A DNA stretch of 64,000 bases from the NCBI GenBank assembly GCA_963693365.1, contig CAVNZM010000010.1:1550001-1614000 (forward strand). The letters are read 5' to 3'. This document shows, piece after piece, positions 41,879 to 54,869 of the stretch (position 1 is the stretch's first letter; each line of letters opens with the position of its first letter). The notes under the pieces are model-generated. The model was given only the letters and a program-made list of their open reading frames with translations, was not told the DNA's origin and did not search any database. Source of the DNA: Amoebidium appalachense. Lineage: Eukaryota; Protista; Ichthyosporea. A program made the translations under genes and the position numbers.

Positions 41879-44654
41879 ATGGGGAAGCGCGGTGTGTATC
41901 CCGACGGGAGAGTTTATTCAAATGGATTAGCGCTAGAAATTAGTTACTGCTGATGATACATATGCACGGCCTTGGATTAGTGAAAGATGCTAGAGGATAG
42001 ACCGCGGATACAATGGTTAATACCGTAAACAGCGGGACATATTCATCAGGCGGACTAGATGGGAGGGAGACTGCAGGCTACCATCGACGAAGCATCTGCC
42101 TTTCAGCGCAAAGAATTCAACGTCGGGATGATTGAGGTGCAGGATTGGGTGGGATTGTGGAAGATGGACATTGATTTAGCAGCACAATTGTGGATGGGAG
42201 GGCTCCTTTTAAGGAAGGAGATATTGGGTTGTGATGTCATCACAGAGACAAAATGGTACACCAAACATCACGCAGGGCCCGGAGACACACTTTATGACAG
42301 ACTAGACGACACTGACTTAGTGTTGCTAGTTTCGTTGAAGCCAACCGTGAAATAATACGTTTCCTTTCTGCACCTTGCCGGGAACGATTGATGTTCAGGT
42401 TCCATACACCCTGGTGGTTGCAGTGTGCTTTTTTCGAGGTCACTAAGACTGAAAAACATTCATGCTACAGGGCGTGGAGGTGCCACCGGCAACAAGTTCC
42501 GGATCACCCTGGGTCTCCCAGTCGGTGCAGTCGTGAACTGCGCTGACAACTCGGGGGCTAAGAACCTGTACGTCATCGCCGTTGCCGGGATCAAGGTTCG
42601 TACTGCATAAGGGTTATTGTGTGCACAGGTTTAGTCGCAGCCATACCTCTGTGTGCTCGTTTGAAGCAGGATGGCGGAGGCAACAAGTGAAAAGACGGCA
42701 GTTCTCCTGCAACTGTGTTACGGCTTCTTGGCTTAGGATGTATGATCGTCTTTGTTTGAATTGGGTAGAAACGGGTTTAGGTCATGCATTTTAGATTTAT
42801 AGAAAACAGTGACTGCGAGACCCATGGTTGTTTCGGGATTGGGCGTGGGACCAATAAGTTGCAACCTGATGCATAACTTCAATACTCACCTGACCTATGC
42901 TGGAGGGAGTTTAACCATCTTTCGGGGCTGATGCAACTCACTGTTTCTCTATGTACAACGTTGTAATTAGAGCTCCCAGCTGACATGCGTCTGTATACAG
43001 TCTTGCTTGAACAGGCTCCCGGCCGCTGGCATGGGTGACATGATTGTTGCCACTGTCAAGAAGGGCAAGCCCGAACTGAGGAAGAAGGTACGTTTGATTG
43101 CACAGTTGTATATTGGCTGTTGTTTCTGGATTGATGGGCCTTTTACTTGTAGTGTTTGTTGGTTGTGGTGGGGGTGGGATATGGAAGGGGATGTTGGGAG
43201 AAGGGTGACTGGAGGGCACAGTGTTTGCAGGGATCATGAGGTTGCTATCTGATGCACAACATCAACACTCACCTGACCTATGCTGGAGGGAGTTATACCA
43301 TCTTTCGGGGCTGATGCAACTTCGGCCCCATGCTTCTTTTCAATATTAGAATTTTTTGGATGCTCACGTTCGGTGGCTTGACAGGTCATGCCTGCCGTGA
43401 TCATCCGCCAGAGAAAGGCTTTCCGCCGCAAGGACGGTGTCTTCCTGTTCTTCGAGGACAACGCTGGTGTTATCGTGAACAACAAGGGTGAGATGAAGGG
43501 TAAGTCTTCTAATAGTTCCATCTTAGTTTATTGTTGTTCTCATGACGAACACCCATAATGCATCACCACCACCCACACAAGCAATGCAACATTTGCACGC
43601 TGCCATAATGTACAAGCACCACCAAGATTCCCCGAACATGTTTCTCGATTTTGCTTGTACAATCGTTGGCATCACCAGCAACCACAGGAGCAGCTGCAGA
43701 AGAGGGCATGCACTTTTCTCCATCGCAGCAGATGCATCTACAACCCTTGCGTGTTTCTTTTTTATCCCAAATGTTTTGCACGTGGAAAACGGATGGGCAT
43801 GGTAATTGACCGTGCAGAGCATTATTGCATGTCTTCTGGTGTTTTTGTTTTTTCTTTTCGTCTGTGTCTTTAAATATTTTGCACAGTGTGAAGGGGCGGG
43901 TCTGCACTTGTGGCGACATTATTCTGTGTAAAATGTATTTTAGTAAATATCATTACTGCATTGCAGTTACATGTTCCTGTTTTATGCCTGGTGTATGTGG
44001 TGTATGTGGCTGGGACGTGCAACGAAATGCCTAGCAGCGCGTTTGTGTGTGGGGAGGGGGGGGGGGGGGGGGGGGCGTTGATGCGAGTGATATATGCTCA
44101 GGTTTGAAATATTTGGTATGGTTCTTCTTATCACTTGATTCCGTGTTTATCCTGTCCCCCCCCCACCAACACACATGCATACATACATACACCCATTTTT
44201 TGTGGGGCACAGGTTTTTTGTTGGGGACTCGATTTAATGGCGTCTGCTTTTTCTTTTTCTGTTGAGATTACGTGCGCCTTTTCGATTGTTGATTATTGTT
44301 GCAAGTATTCCACCTTACATAAGTGCATACCCATATTCTACAATCTACTGTGTGTGGGGCCTGGTTGTCTGAAGTGCTGCCTTTGGTTTATGTTCGGCAA
44401 TTTCTATGGTATGTGTAGGTTCTGTCTTTGACTTAGATCTAGAGCCAGTTCTGGCTCTGATTCCATTACACAACTTATGCACACAGACAAAATTCATTGG
44501 GCTTTGCAATACCAGAGCACAGTTTCTGCTAGATACGAGTGCCTAGTTTTCATGTATCCTTCCAATTTCAGGTTCGGCCATCACTGGACCCGTGGGCAAG
44601 GAGTGCGCTGACATGTGGCCGCGTATTGCTTCCAACGCACCCAGCGTCGCCTAA
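41879..44654 (+). CDS. RPL23: 60S ribosomal protein L23 (uL14), 140 aa, 5 exons
   Basis: Exons 41879-41891, 42471-42595, 43001-43087, 43385-43499, 44572-44654 (423 nt) translate to [140 protein letters not shown]. Confidence 0.98.
42857..42938 (+). ncRNA. Intronic box C/D snoRNA, snR39B/SNORD2-type (LSU rRNA Gm805, yeast numbering), copy 1
   Basis: Terminal stem AGTTGCA/TGCAACT; C-like box CTGATGC 42866-72; D' CTGA 42890-93; D CTGA 42928-31. Guide ACCATCTTTCGGG is complementary to the conserved LSU sequence CCCGAAAGAUGGU; the D+5 rule points to the G of CCCG. Confidence 0.85.
43238..43323 (+). ncRNA. Intronic box C/D snoRNA, snR39B/SNORD2-type, copy 2
   Basis: Paralog of copy 1 in the next intron; stem GAGGTTGC/GCAACTTC; D box 43311-14; identical rRNA guide. 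Confidence 0.85.
43595..43745 (+). ncRNA. Candidate intronic H/ACA snoRNA
   Basis: Hairpin (TGCC..GTACAAGC / GCTTGTAC..GGCA), H-box-like ACAGGA 43684-89, second hairpin (GCTGC AGAAGAG / CTTTTCT..GCAGC), ACA at 43740-42. No target identified. Confidence 0.4.
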
Positions 44655-44896
44655 ATAAAATAGAGTGATGCCGTTGTGTTGATCATGAAGGCACCGCACT
44701 ACCCTTTAGAACACCCTTTGGCCTCTGAGTGGATGTCTTTTCTCCTAAAGATGGGTTTCTGACAAGAGGATATTTTGGATGGGATGCCTTCCTGGGGGGG
44801 GGGGGGGGGGGGGGGAGGTGATTCCAACCTATACGAAACAGAGATCTGGCTGAAGGTAAGGGTTAACTTGTGTTTGCGCCAAACCTTTCTCCCGTT

Positions 44897-44939
<43 letters not shown>

Positions 44940-46652
44940 GTGGGGGGGCCGGGGAGGTATTTATGGGATTTAAGGACTGAGATTTGGGATCTCCATGTTT
45001 TCTGTGGGGAGTGTGGGGGCCTGACACCACCATTCAAACCTGCAGTGGGGGCAGCACCCCCAAAACCCAGCTATAGGCACACACAAGTGCACGATGATGA
45101 TGAACGATTTCTTCGAAGGCTATCTTCCAGATTCCACATCCCCCGGCCCCCCCCCCCCCCCCCTCTGGAAGGCTATAACGGCCTGATGAAAAGAAGGACT
45201 CTCACTGTTGCTGTTTAGGTGTGCATGCATGTGTGATACAAACCAGTGATGCTTATCTACGTAGGTGCATGGGTCAGCTCGAGAAATAGAAAGTTCGGGG
45301 ACCAGTGTGAACTTCGTCACAGCTACTAGTGACACCGTTGAATTGATCATGACAGTGTGTGCACGTGACGGTGTTGATTTGTACACGTGGAATCAATTAT
45401 GATACATGCCACTGCCAGTGGAATCCCCCACCCCCCACACACGCACACACCACCACCACCACAAGGCCTTCCGATCCGGGGGTTGGCGGGGCCGGGGCAG
45501 CTTCGTGTCCAGCCCGCCCACCTCCGCCCACCCCTTTCTCCAGGCCCTGCGCAGCTTCAAATGCTACGACAAAGTTCCATGACGGATGAAGCCCTAGTGT
45601 GCAAAATAATATGTTATGTATGTCTGCTATTGTGCACCAGGCAGGTGTGGTTTTCAGCGGCGCTGTGGCCGTGCGCTTCCAGCCTGAGGCACGTTGCTCG
45701 TGCGTGCCGTGACTGCGGCCGCGGGCCCCTTTTGCGAGCTTTTTTGTTTGCAACACCGTTGAACTATTCTTAGCTGGTTAGTGTGGGCGACCCGATTGGT
45801 CAGATCTTTCTAGTTCAAAAAGCCAATCGAAAAAAGCGAAGATTGGGCATTGCTGATTGGATCCCAGGAAATTCGCGTTTGCATTCCTTAGATCCGTAGG
45901 CAAAGAAAAAGTTCGATGAAACGTGTACCATAGGCCAAACCTATAAAAGGTGTGACAACCGGCTGAGATGGGTTTACAACATACACATCCAATGCTGCTT
46001 GTATATGGCAAGGTATATGGCAAGGTTGTTATATTTAAGGGGAATTCGCAGAACAGCTGTTTGCAACCGGTTGCTCAAATCCACATGCACCTACACAATT
46101 ACCATATTATACCTAGTGTGCACCAGCACTAATAGTGCGTACACGTCGTAATTTTCTATCATGAACATATATCAAGAGGTTCCTACTATTTCGAATTTAA
46201 CGCCAGCTGTCAGTTAAGTTTTATTTCTTTGAAATACAAGTCTGTTTCTGTAAAGGAGCATTCAAATAAAACTCGTTTGTTACTAGCTATTAGCTACAGT
46301 AGGCTGGCGTGGGAAAATGTTGCTACACGTTCTGCCTGCCACCACATGTGCCCTTTTCTTCACAACCGCGACAACCACAGCCCTTTTTGACCACGCTAGC
46401 AAAGACACCACGTCACAGCTTTCCTCTTATCCCATCACAAGCAAGCATGCAACAATCAAGCAGCATATTATAGATGGCATGGGCAAGCCTAGAACGCGTC
46501 GAAATGGCTTCGAAAAAGTCAGGCGGCAGTTATTATATATATATAGTGATCGTACAACGTATAGTTCATCACACCAATATACCGACATCAACGTTAACAA
46601 AACGAACCTCGAGCTCAGTGGCAGTCACTGCGAGCTGCTTCAAGTTTTGAAG

Positions 46653-47137
46653 ATGCCTCTGCACGTATTGCACACCGTTTTATTTGCTCTAGCGCTAGGG
46701 ACGGTAGCTACATGCACAGAAACTATAAATCACCCTAACAAACAAGTCTCGGACAACACTGTTCATATCCTTCTCCTTCTTTTACAGCGACACCAAAAAC
46801 GACAAACCAACCCACCGAATCCGAATCCGCCGGTCGGGCCCGGGGGGCAAACTTGAAGATGCAATACCTGGACGACCTCGTCAGCAACGCAGAAATTCTC
46901 TGCAGGGATCACCCGGCACACTGTTGTGAAGGGCAGAGGGGCTACTCCTACGTGTACGCCTACGACTCTGACAATAACGTTTTGTTTGGCGGAAAACCTC
47001 TGGAGGGTTCGTCGCAAGCGCCGAATGCTACGAAGTGGCGCCTTGTTCAGAACGGAACAGATGAAGACATTGCTAAGAGAGAGAAAATTGTGCTGTGGCA
47101 TCCTTTTCAAGAATCAGGTAGGCAATATTATTACTAA
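46653..47137 (+). CDS. Probable small secreted protein; structure uncertain (frameshift at G-run, or pseudogene)
   Basis: Signal-like MPLHVLHTVLFALALGT; candidate intron 46704-46787 (CTAAC branch point, pyrimidine tract); then KRQ and a P/N linker. The downstream non-repetitive ORF 46853-47137 (LCRDHPAHCCEGQRGYSYVYAYD...) is in a different frame. Confidence 0.4.
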
Positions 47138-47852
47138 GCCTTGCAGGGTTTTGTTCAACTTGCCCTATCCTTAAGGTGACTGCATACAATACCATACTGT
47201 GAGCGACAACGACGTGACCCATGTGTTCGGGTTTTCATCATCAAAATTTGTGCAGAGTTCTGAATTGCAGAGCTTGAATTGTCAAATGGGCGTGGGACCC
47301 GACCCGGTGAGTGAAGTGTGTGTATGTGTGTGTGTGTATGGGTGGGTGGGTTAGTGGGGGGGGGGGGGGGGGGGGGGGGGGGATGGGGCAAGAGGGGGGG
47401 GGGGGGGGGATGAAGAGGGTAGAGGCTGGCATGGTTGGAAAATTACGTGGGCAAGTGGGTGGTATGGCAGGAGCGCAGGGAGGGGAGGGGAATGGGGGGG
47501 GGAGGGAGAGGGGAGGGGGAAGGGGGAGGGTTAGGGGAAGGCCGACGGCAAGTGAAGAGAGAAAGAAAGGGGAGGTAGTGACAATACTGGAAAAGGGGGG
47601 GGGGGGGGGAGGGGGGGGGGGGGGGGGGGGGGGGGGGAGGGGGGGGGTAGACTGGAAAGTATATTTGGGAGAGGGAAAGAAGGGGGACGGGAGAGAGGAG
47701 GGGGAGGGGGGGGGGGGGGGGGGGGGAGGGGACGGGGGGGAGAGGGCAGCACCGAGAGAGTTTCAGAGAGCGTAAGAGAGAGAGGAAAGGGGGGGGGGGG
47801 GGGGGGGGGGAGGGGGAGGGGGGGGGGGAGAAAGGGAGCGAGAGAGAGGGCG

Positions 47853-47884
<32 letters not shown>

Positions 47885-47900
47885 GAGTGAGGGAGGGAGG

Positions 47901-47950
<50 letters not shown>

Positions 47951-47970
47951 CAGAGAGAGAGAGTGAGACT

Positions 47971-48007
<37 letters not shown>

Positions 48008-48061
48008 AAGAGAGAGTGAGAGAGAGGGACAGGGAAAGAGAGGGGGGGGGGGGGGGGGGGG

Positions 48062-48104
<43 letters not shown>

Positions 48105-48221
48105 AGAGGGATGGAGGGAGGGACTGAGTGAGAGGGAGAGGGAGGGAGAGAGGGAGGGGGATAGAGAGGAGAGAGAGGCGTGCGCGCGTGTGTGAATACT
48201 ATAGTTAGTTAGTTAGTTAGT

Positions 48222-48326
<105 letters not shown>

Positions 48327-48859
48327 GCGTGTGTGCGTGTGTGTGTGTGTGTGCGTGTGCGTGTGTGCGTGTGTGTGTGTGTGTGTGCGCGCGCGCGCAT
48401 GTGTGTGTTTTGCACCGTGAGATATCGAAATCCTCGGAGGAGCTCGGGATAAGCTCAGAGTGAGTAGAATATGTTCGTCTCGGCTGTGCAGACGACGTTC
48501 GGGAGGGGAGGGGGGAGCTGAAGAAGGGGGGGGGGGGGGGGGGGGGGGGATGGTGGTGCGGACGCCTGCACATGCTGCATATGTTGTGATAGTTCATTGA
48601 TCAGGATAGCTCTATGTACATGTGGCCTGAAGGTAGCCTATGGTAACACTCCCGTTCTTCTAATGAATTTCAATCGTAACTGCGCCATTTTCAAAATTTT
48701 ATTCCCTGTGTATACCAGAGCGCAAATACTGGTGATATATATTGCGGCTTTCAAGTTCAGTAACACGTAATGTTTCAGTTTTGGCTAGTCTAAGATATGT
48801 GTACTGAATAGAATGAGAGCATCCCCCCCCCCCCCCCCCCACCCCACCCTCCCACCCCG

Positions 48860-48933
<74 letters not shown>

Positions 48934-49431
48934 GGAGGCCCCTCGCCCCTTGTCCACCATAATCATATTGCCTTAGTAAATATATTTACTAATCACCAAT
49001 GGTCTCCAGAACATATGCAGCGTCGTATACGTAATGTATGTCGTTGCCAGCCAATGTAATCATGATATGTATGTTCCGAATTAATGTAGATACGAAAACG
49101 CGCCTAGCGTGTGCCGTGGGCAAGCTGCTTGGCTAGAGACGACGAGGCACGATGGCAACTCAGCAAATCACGGTATCGTGATCACGTACGTTTGTAACCC
49201 AAGGCTTGCAGATCTACTGTAATAGAGCTAGGTGCACCGTGATGCATATGGAGGCTTGTACATGTCTTTATCATCGGGGCATTAGGTGCAGATGCCGTCC
49301 GCCATTAAGAACCCCTCCAAAAACGTGGTTGCGACGCATATTCTTAAAGTTTTTGCATGGCTGCTATCATACTTTTAAGTGGCACGGGACCCACCGGAGT
49401 AAGTGGTGGTGGTGGTGGTGGTGGTGGTGGT

Positions 49432-49491
<60 letters not shown>

Positions 49492-49501
49492 CTAGCTAGG
49501 G

Positions 49502-49537
<36 letters not shown>

Positions 49538-49899
49538 GGGACCATGGGGTGTGTGTGTTGAACCGGGGGGAAAGGGGGGGGGGGGGGGGGGGGGGGGGGG
49601 ATGAGTCCGATCCGTTTGCTCACAAAGTGCAACACGACACAACGACATCTTAGTATGCATTACGGTACTGCCAGGTGCCGTTTGGATCTAGATCTAGATT
49701 ATATCTTACCAAATTACCAATTGTCGTAACCGCGAGACTCATTTCATTGGTTCCACAAAAGCTAGATCTAGATTAAACTTCAATCTCCAACCATTGGCTA
49801 GAACTCTTGCAGTAAATCTTGCCATTGCCGCCATTACGTCATCATCAAGGGCTCGTGACTGTGACAACCCGTCACGACCCTGTACCGTAACCCCATGTC

Positions 49900-49906
49900 T
49901 ATAAAA
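49900..49906 (+). promoter_or_regulatory. Candidate TATA box for the LITAF-like gene
   Basis: TATAAAA ~190 nt before the ATG, with a CRE-like TTACGTCA ~65 nt further upstream. Confidence 0.35.
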
Positions 49907-50091
49907 ACGGAACTCTCGTCTTCCCACTAGGCACACACGCAGATCGAAGCAAAGAGCTAAACAAACGATATCAAACACTCAGAAACGAGACAAGATCCAC
50001 CTCAAAATCCCCCGCGCAAGCAGCAAGAAACAGCAAGAAACTATACACTTACATTAGTAGCACTTCAATTCAGTGAATTATTAAGAGAAAA

Positions 50092-50508
50092 ATGGCCTCC
50101 ACTACCACCACCGCCACCGGCTACAACAGCGACAGCCTGCCGGGATATGAACAGGCCCCGGCCGCAGGGGGACCCTCCAACCTCCTCCCCATCACAAGCA
50201 GAGACAGTGTCAGGGCAACATGCCCCATGTGCACTAAAACAGTCACAACTTACCCGGCTATCCGTGACACCCCTCACTACACCAGCGATAACCCTGTTTA
50301 CTTGGGTGCCGGAATTGCTACGGGAGCCGGGCCACAGAGGCAGGATCAGAGATTTTGGTCTGTAAGAGACATAATAGGAGCTCCGAGTAAGAAGGGGAAG
50401 TGGGTGCATCACAAGTGTCCAAAGTGTGGCGCGGTTTTGGCGTCTGTTCCTCCTCCACCTCCGAAGGTGAAGGCGAAGAAGAGTAAGTGGTATGAGTTTG
50501 ATTTCTGA
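50092..50508 (+). CDS. LITAF-like zinc-ribbon protein, intronless, 138 aa
   Basis: RATCPMCTKTVTT and WVHHKCPKCGAVLA match the LITAF CxxC...HxCxxC knuckles; N-terminal LPGY motif; AAAAATGG start context; non-repetitive sequence. Confidence 0.75.
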   Translation: MASTTTTATGYNSDSLPGYEQAPAAGGPSNLLPITSRDSVRATCPMCTKTVTTYPAIRDTPHYTSDNPVYLGAGIATGAGPQRQDQRFWSVRDIIGAPSKKGKWVHHKCPKCGAVLASVPPPPPKVKAKKSKWYEFDF

Positions 50509-51138
50509 GGCACTGAATAGTTGGTCTCTTCTAATGCCAGCTAGGGGATAGATGAATGGATAACTATCGGATTCTTATGGCAAAATGTTTTGTGATTATT
50601 TTCACAATCGAAAGTTTTGTTTGCGTTGTAAATAACATAGGGTACTACAGATGATGCAGTCTGCTGATTAGACATGGTGCCAGTGGCCGCACAATAGATT
50701 TTGTGGCTACATTTTGTTACTTCTAGTCCGATGTTTGAAAACAAAATCTCATAAACTTTGCATGGGAGTTTGTATGCGTGCAATAGTAGTACTGTAGATA
50801 AGTAGTACTGTAGATAACAGTCTGTAAACGTTAACGCCCATGGCCAATCATCGACAGGCGGGCAAAATGAAGTTTTTATAAAACAAACAAAAAAGTAGAA
50901 ATCATTGATGATGCACGAGGTTTGTATGCAACTTATCGGATGTGTGTTATGTAATGTGACGCAAGATTCGCTCTGATGTCACAAGTGGCCTGCCATGGGG
51001 GGTGCTACAGCTACAACGGTGATGATAAACTTTGGGGAAAAAAAAAGAAAAAAAAGAAAAAAAGATGAATGAAGGAGTTAATCAGTTCAGTAACATGTAT
51101 CCCCCCCCCCCCCCCCCCCCCCCTCTAGTGTACACGTA

Positions 51139-51177
<39 letters not shown>

Positions 51178-51457
51178 GACCCACCCACCCACCCACCCAC
51201 CACTACCACCACCACCACCATTACCAAACAACAACAACAAAAAGAAACAAACAAACAAACAAACAAACACTGAAAAACATGAAAAGCCACTGGCAGAGTT
51301 ACGCAGTTTTATTGGCAATAGAAAATTTCCACGTTCCCTCATTCCTTTATTCTAATCCCTCTAACGAGTATCCTTCCTATGCAGAGTTGGGAGCCAGCAA
51401 TGTATTCCCCCCCCCCTCCCCCCCCCCCCCCCCCCCCCCCCCCCAACCCTCCCCCCT

Positions 51458-51488
<31 letters not shown>

Positions 51489-51661
51489 CCCCCCCCCCCC
51501 CCCCCCCCCCCCCCACCTTCACTTCAAACAAATGCTGTAAACACATTATGCTTAAACGCATGCAGGCAAGCATGCACGCACCGTGAAGCAAGCACCCGCG
51601 CACGCACGCACCGTCAGGCACGCACGCACGCACACACACACGCCAGCACGCATGCACGCAT

Positions 51662-51713
<52 letters not shown>

Positions 51714-52955
51714 ACACGCACGCACACACGCACGCACGCACGCACGCACGCACACCCACACCCACGCATGCATGCGTACACGCACGCACACACACACACA
51801 CATGCATGCACGCACGCACGCTCGCACGCACGCATGTCGAACACATGCACACGCACACACATACACTTGCACACACACTTGCACACACGCACTATCGCAC
51901 ACGCATACCATATAATACACACACACACTCACGCACATACGCATTTGCAAACGCAAGCGAAAGAGCACACACAAACGTGCATGTACGCGCGCTTACATGC
52001 ACACACACATAAATTGGGGCACACAGTTCTGCTATACCTCAGTGTAGGCCCTCATACACAGCATACACCTAATCTAACATTCATGGTTTAGGCATCCGAT
52101 CAGGGCCTCATGTTCATACAACCCCTCCTCTCTCTCCCCCCCCCCCCCCCCCCCCTTCCTCCTCTCCCCCCCCCCCCCCCCCCCCTCCTCCAAACCTTCC
52201 CCTTCCCGCTTGTCTCCCTCCACCCCCCTCCTTTGCTCCCCCCCTTGCTCCCCCCTTCCGAAGGCTATATCTCCTCCCCGGCCTCTCCCCCCCCCCCATC
52301 CTCCCCCTCAATTTCTTTTACCACTCTCCAGGTACTTTTGCACGTTTCTGTTACGCTTCCTTCGGAATCCTCTTCTTTCCCCCCCTGTCCCCAGCCCTCC
52401 CCCCCCCCCCCCCCCCCCCCCTTCCCCCCCTTTCCACCCCCTGCCTATTCCCTATTCCCTTTAAGCTTCTCACGTTCCGTCAAGAGTTCCATTCATAAAA
52501 TTCGCTCCTCACAACAAACAGCAGTGCAGCATACACGTTTTTCTCACCGTATCTCGTTGAAGAATCCCCTCCCATCTCTTGGCGATGCTGGAGGGAAAAG
52601 CTTAGGTGAAGTGTGTCCTGGTAATGATGTGTCAGGTAGCTGACTCAGCACCCTTAACAAACACCCTCTCTGCGGGTAAAATCGGTGCTTAATGGGAAAA
52701 GGCAGTTACTATGAGGGACTCATCTCCGTCTCATCCGGAATAAAGAGTGGGAAAGAAACCCAAAAAAGCACACACTTCACCGTGTATGCAACTTCAACAC
52801 GTCACCTTTTCTTTCCGAAGGAATTTTCTCCCTCAGTTTGCCCTCTTTCCTCCCCCTCCCCCCTCCCCCTCCCCCCTCCCCTCCTTTATTTGCCTCTTAG
52901 TCTAGCAGCACGCCTACATGTGCATGGGCAGTGCCGGTGTGCCTGTGTGTATGTA

Positions 52956-53027
<72 letters not shown>

Positions 53028-53539
53028 GCTATGGGGGGGGGATCATTGCAGCTTTTAGCTGCTGAGGCACCGACCAATCTCGTGATATGAAATGGACCCG
53101 GGCCCCATGGATATGTACATACACAGATGTATTATTAGACACCCATATATGGAATGGAAGAAAAAAAAGGAAAAGACCCGGAATAATCAGTAGGCCTACG
53201 GCAGAATTATGTGTGTTGCGCGGGTGCACAGGTTTTGGAAACAGAGTTTAACAGTTAGGTAGTCACCGGTGTTACGAAGAAAGTCAGTGACGGCCAAGTG
53301 TTTCGCAGCCTGCGACGAGCAGTGGGTTTGGGAAAGTGGCGAGACTCTGCGGTGGAGAAGGTGGCATGTGTTGTCACCGGAACAAATCGAAACACAACAC
53401 ACGCGCCCCAGAGGGGGGTATGATCATGAGGAGATGGGGTAAAGAGGGGAATATCCGGATGCGTGTGTGTGTGTGTGTGTGTGGGTGTGTGGGTGGGTGG
53501 GTGGGTGGGCTGGGGGGGGCCGGGGGAAGGAAGGGGTTG

Positions 53540-53570
<31 letters not shown>

Positions 53571-54016
53571 GGGGGGGAGGGAGAGGGGCGGGAGGGGGGC
53601 GGAGGGGAACGGGGGAGGGGTCGAGGTGAATTATTGCTTTCTGAAAATGAGTTTCTATGCAGATAACACGGTGATACAGCCTCAGGGCAGATGTGCAATG
53701 TAATGCAGGAAGGGGGGGAGGGGAGGGGGGGGGGGGGGGGGGGGGGGGAGGAGGGAGGGGGGGGGGGAGAAGGGGGGGGGGGGGGGAGGGGGGATATTCG
53801 TGATACGATATCTATAATCCCGATAGTTGGCCCGTCGAGTGAATCTTCAGGTTTAGAAAAATTGGTGTTCACGTATACGAGTCGTGTTTCAAATGATGAT
53901 ATTCTTGTGTGCATTTGGACACTATACTCAGTTTAGTTTAGATACTACCAACATAATCAGAGGCCACTTCCACCAAATGGGCTTTGAATTTTTTGCTATT
54001 TAAATCAGGCTGCTCC

Positions 54017-54079
<63 letters not shown>

Positions 54080-54633
54080 ACCACCACCACCCTTTAAACC
54101 CCGAGACTGCGACCGGGGCACCGGGGGGGGGGGGGGGGGGGGGGGGAAGGGGGGGGGGGGGGGGGGGGGGGAAGGGAGGGGGAAGGGGAGGGGGAGGGCG
54201 GGGCCAGGGGGGGAGGGGGGAGGGGGGAGGGAGCAAAAAACCAGGGAGAGTATCGGGAAACAGACACTCTTACCTTGGCCGCAGAAGGCCCGGCATTCTT
54301 CACAGAGTTACATTGTAGACTTGATGGCATTTTATTAGACCCAATATTAGAAACGAGTGCTATATAAGTACCTGCCCCTAAAAATCATGCTACATCCCCC
54401 TTGTGCACGCAGTCAGTGGCATGAAGTGGGTTTGAAGACTTTACAGACCGTACGGGCTTCGGTGTACGGCTAAGTAGACCATCTAAGAGAACTCGGGCAT
54501 GTAGGCCTAGGCCTGCACATTGCCAATTGAATGATTGATGAACATGTGCCCATAGCTCCTTTGGCGCCACATGTCACATTGACCGGTGCAGGGAGTACTA
54601 GTCAGATAATTTCAAAGTTTATGTTGGTTTCCC

Positions 54634-54680
<47 letters not shown>

Positions 54681-54815
54681 ACACACACACTTAACTCACT
54701 CACGCACACACACAGACACATCATGAAGTGACGTCCTCTCATTCAGCTGGTTTCACAGTCCTCTTGCACGTGATGCAATCCTTGTCATGTCATTCGATTT
54801 GAAACATCGTTGTGG

Positions 54816-54869
<54 letters not shown>

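Noticed and set aside
42226-42357. Two-hairpin structure in RPL23 intron 1
   Set aside because: No proper ANANNA hinge and no convincing target; too weak to call.
42882-42940. U1 snRNA gene (ATACTCACCTG...GGGAG..ACCAT)
   Set aside because: No U1 stem-loops or Sm site; C/D boxes, a terminal stem and a 13-nt rRNA complement explain it as a snoRNA.
43001-43012. SCLN instead of the usual GRLN/ARLN in RPL23
   Set aside because: I recall the same variant in other protist uL14 sequences; it is not evidence of editing or pseudogenisation.
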